This document shows positions 63,797-64,000 of a stretch of DNA of 64,000 nucleotides, piece by piece. The translations under genes and the position numbers were made by a program. Every line of letters starts with the position of its first letter. Positions within the stretch are counted from its first letter, which is position 1. A model generated the notes under the pieces. It worked only from the letters and a program-made list of their open reading frames with translations. It did not search any database and was not told the DNA's origin. The stretch is taken from assembly GCF_009914755.1 (NCBI RefSeq), contig NC_060938.1, one strand, 5' to 3'. Origin of the DNA: the human T2T-CHM13v2.0 reference genome, Homo sapiens.

Positions 63797-64000
63797 TTTT
63801 GAGACAGTCTTGCTCCTTTGCCCAAGCTGGAATGCAGTGATTCAATCATAGCTCACAGCAGCCTCAACCTCCCAAGCTCAAGTGATCCTCCTACCTTACC
63901 CCTTACCCTCCTGACTAGCTGGGACTACAGGCACATGCCACCATACCCAGCTAATTGTTTTTGATGTTTTTATTTTTGTAGAGATGGGGTCTCACTATGT
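63796..64000 (-). mobile_element. AluJ, cut by the window end
   Basis: gagacagtcttgctc...atcatagctcacagcagcc. Confidence 0.9.

Overview
Primate (human-like) genomic DNA, intergenic or intronic, made mostly of interspersed repeats. It holds about 30 Alu/FLAM/FRAM elements, one full-length but dead L1PA (29199-35338, minus), several older L1M and L2 fragments, MaLR/ERV LTRs (three THE1, MST solo LTR, a complete MST provirus, MLT1, MER57A, LTR16, LTR33) and hAT DNA-transposon remnants, including a fragmented Blackjack-type transposase at ~17.2-22.4 kb. I can support no intact host protein-coding gene, RNA gene or CRISPR array; the long ORFs are L1 fragments, Alu read-throughs or low-complexity artefacts. 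The main signal not explained by ordinary repeat annotation is a set of seven locally templated, mostly inverted copy scars (16-270 bp copied from 45 bp to 3.2 kb away, ~85-100% identical by eye). One is a composite built from two different donors, and one is a 127-bp near-perfect inverted repeat around an 831-bp spacer. Other oddities are a tailless Alu, a likely L1 3' transduction, a target site used twice, a tail-less Alu/Alu inverted fusion, a 655-bp polypyrimidine tract, and two CpG-retaining non-repeat islands that look regulatory. Repeat subfamily names come from recalled consensus features and were not computed; alignments were done by eye.
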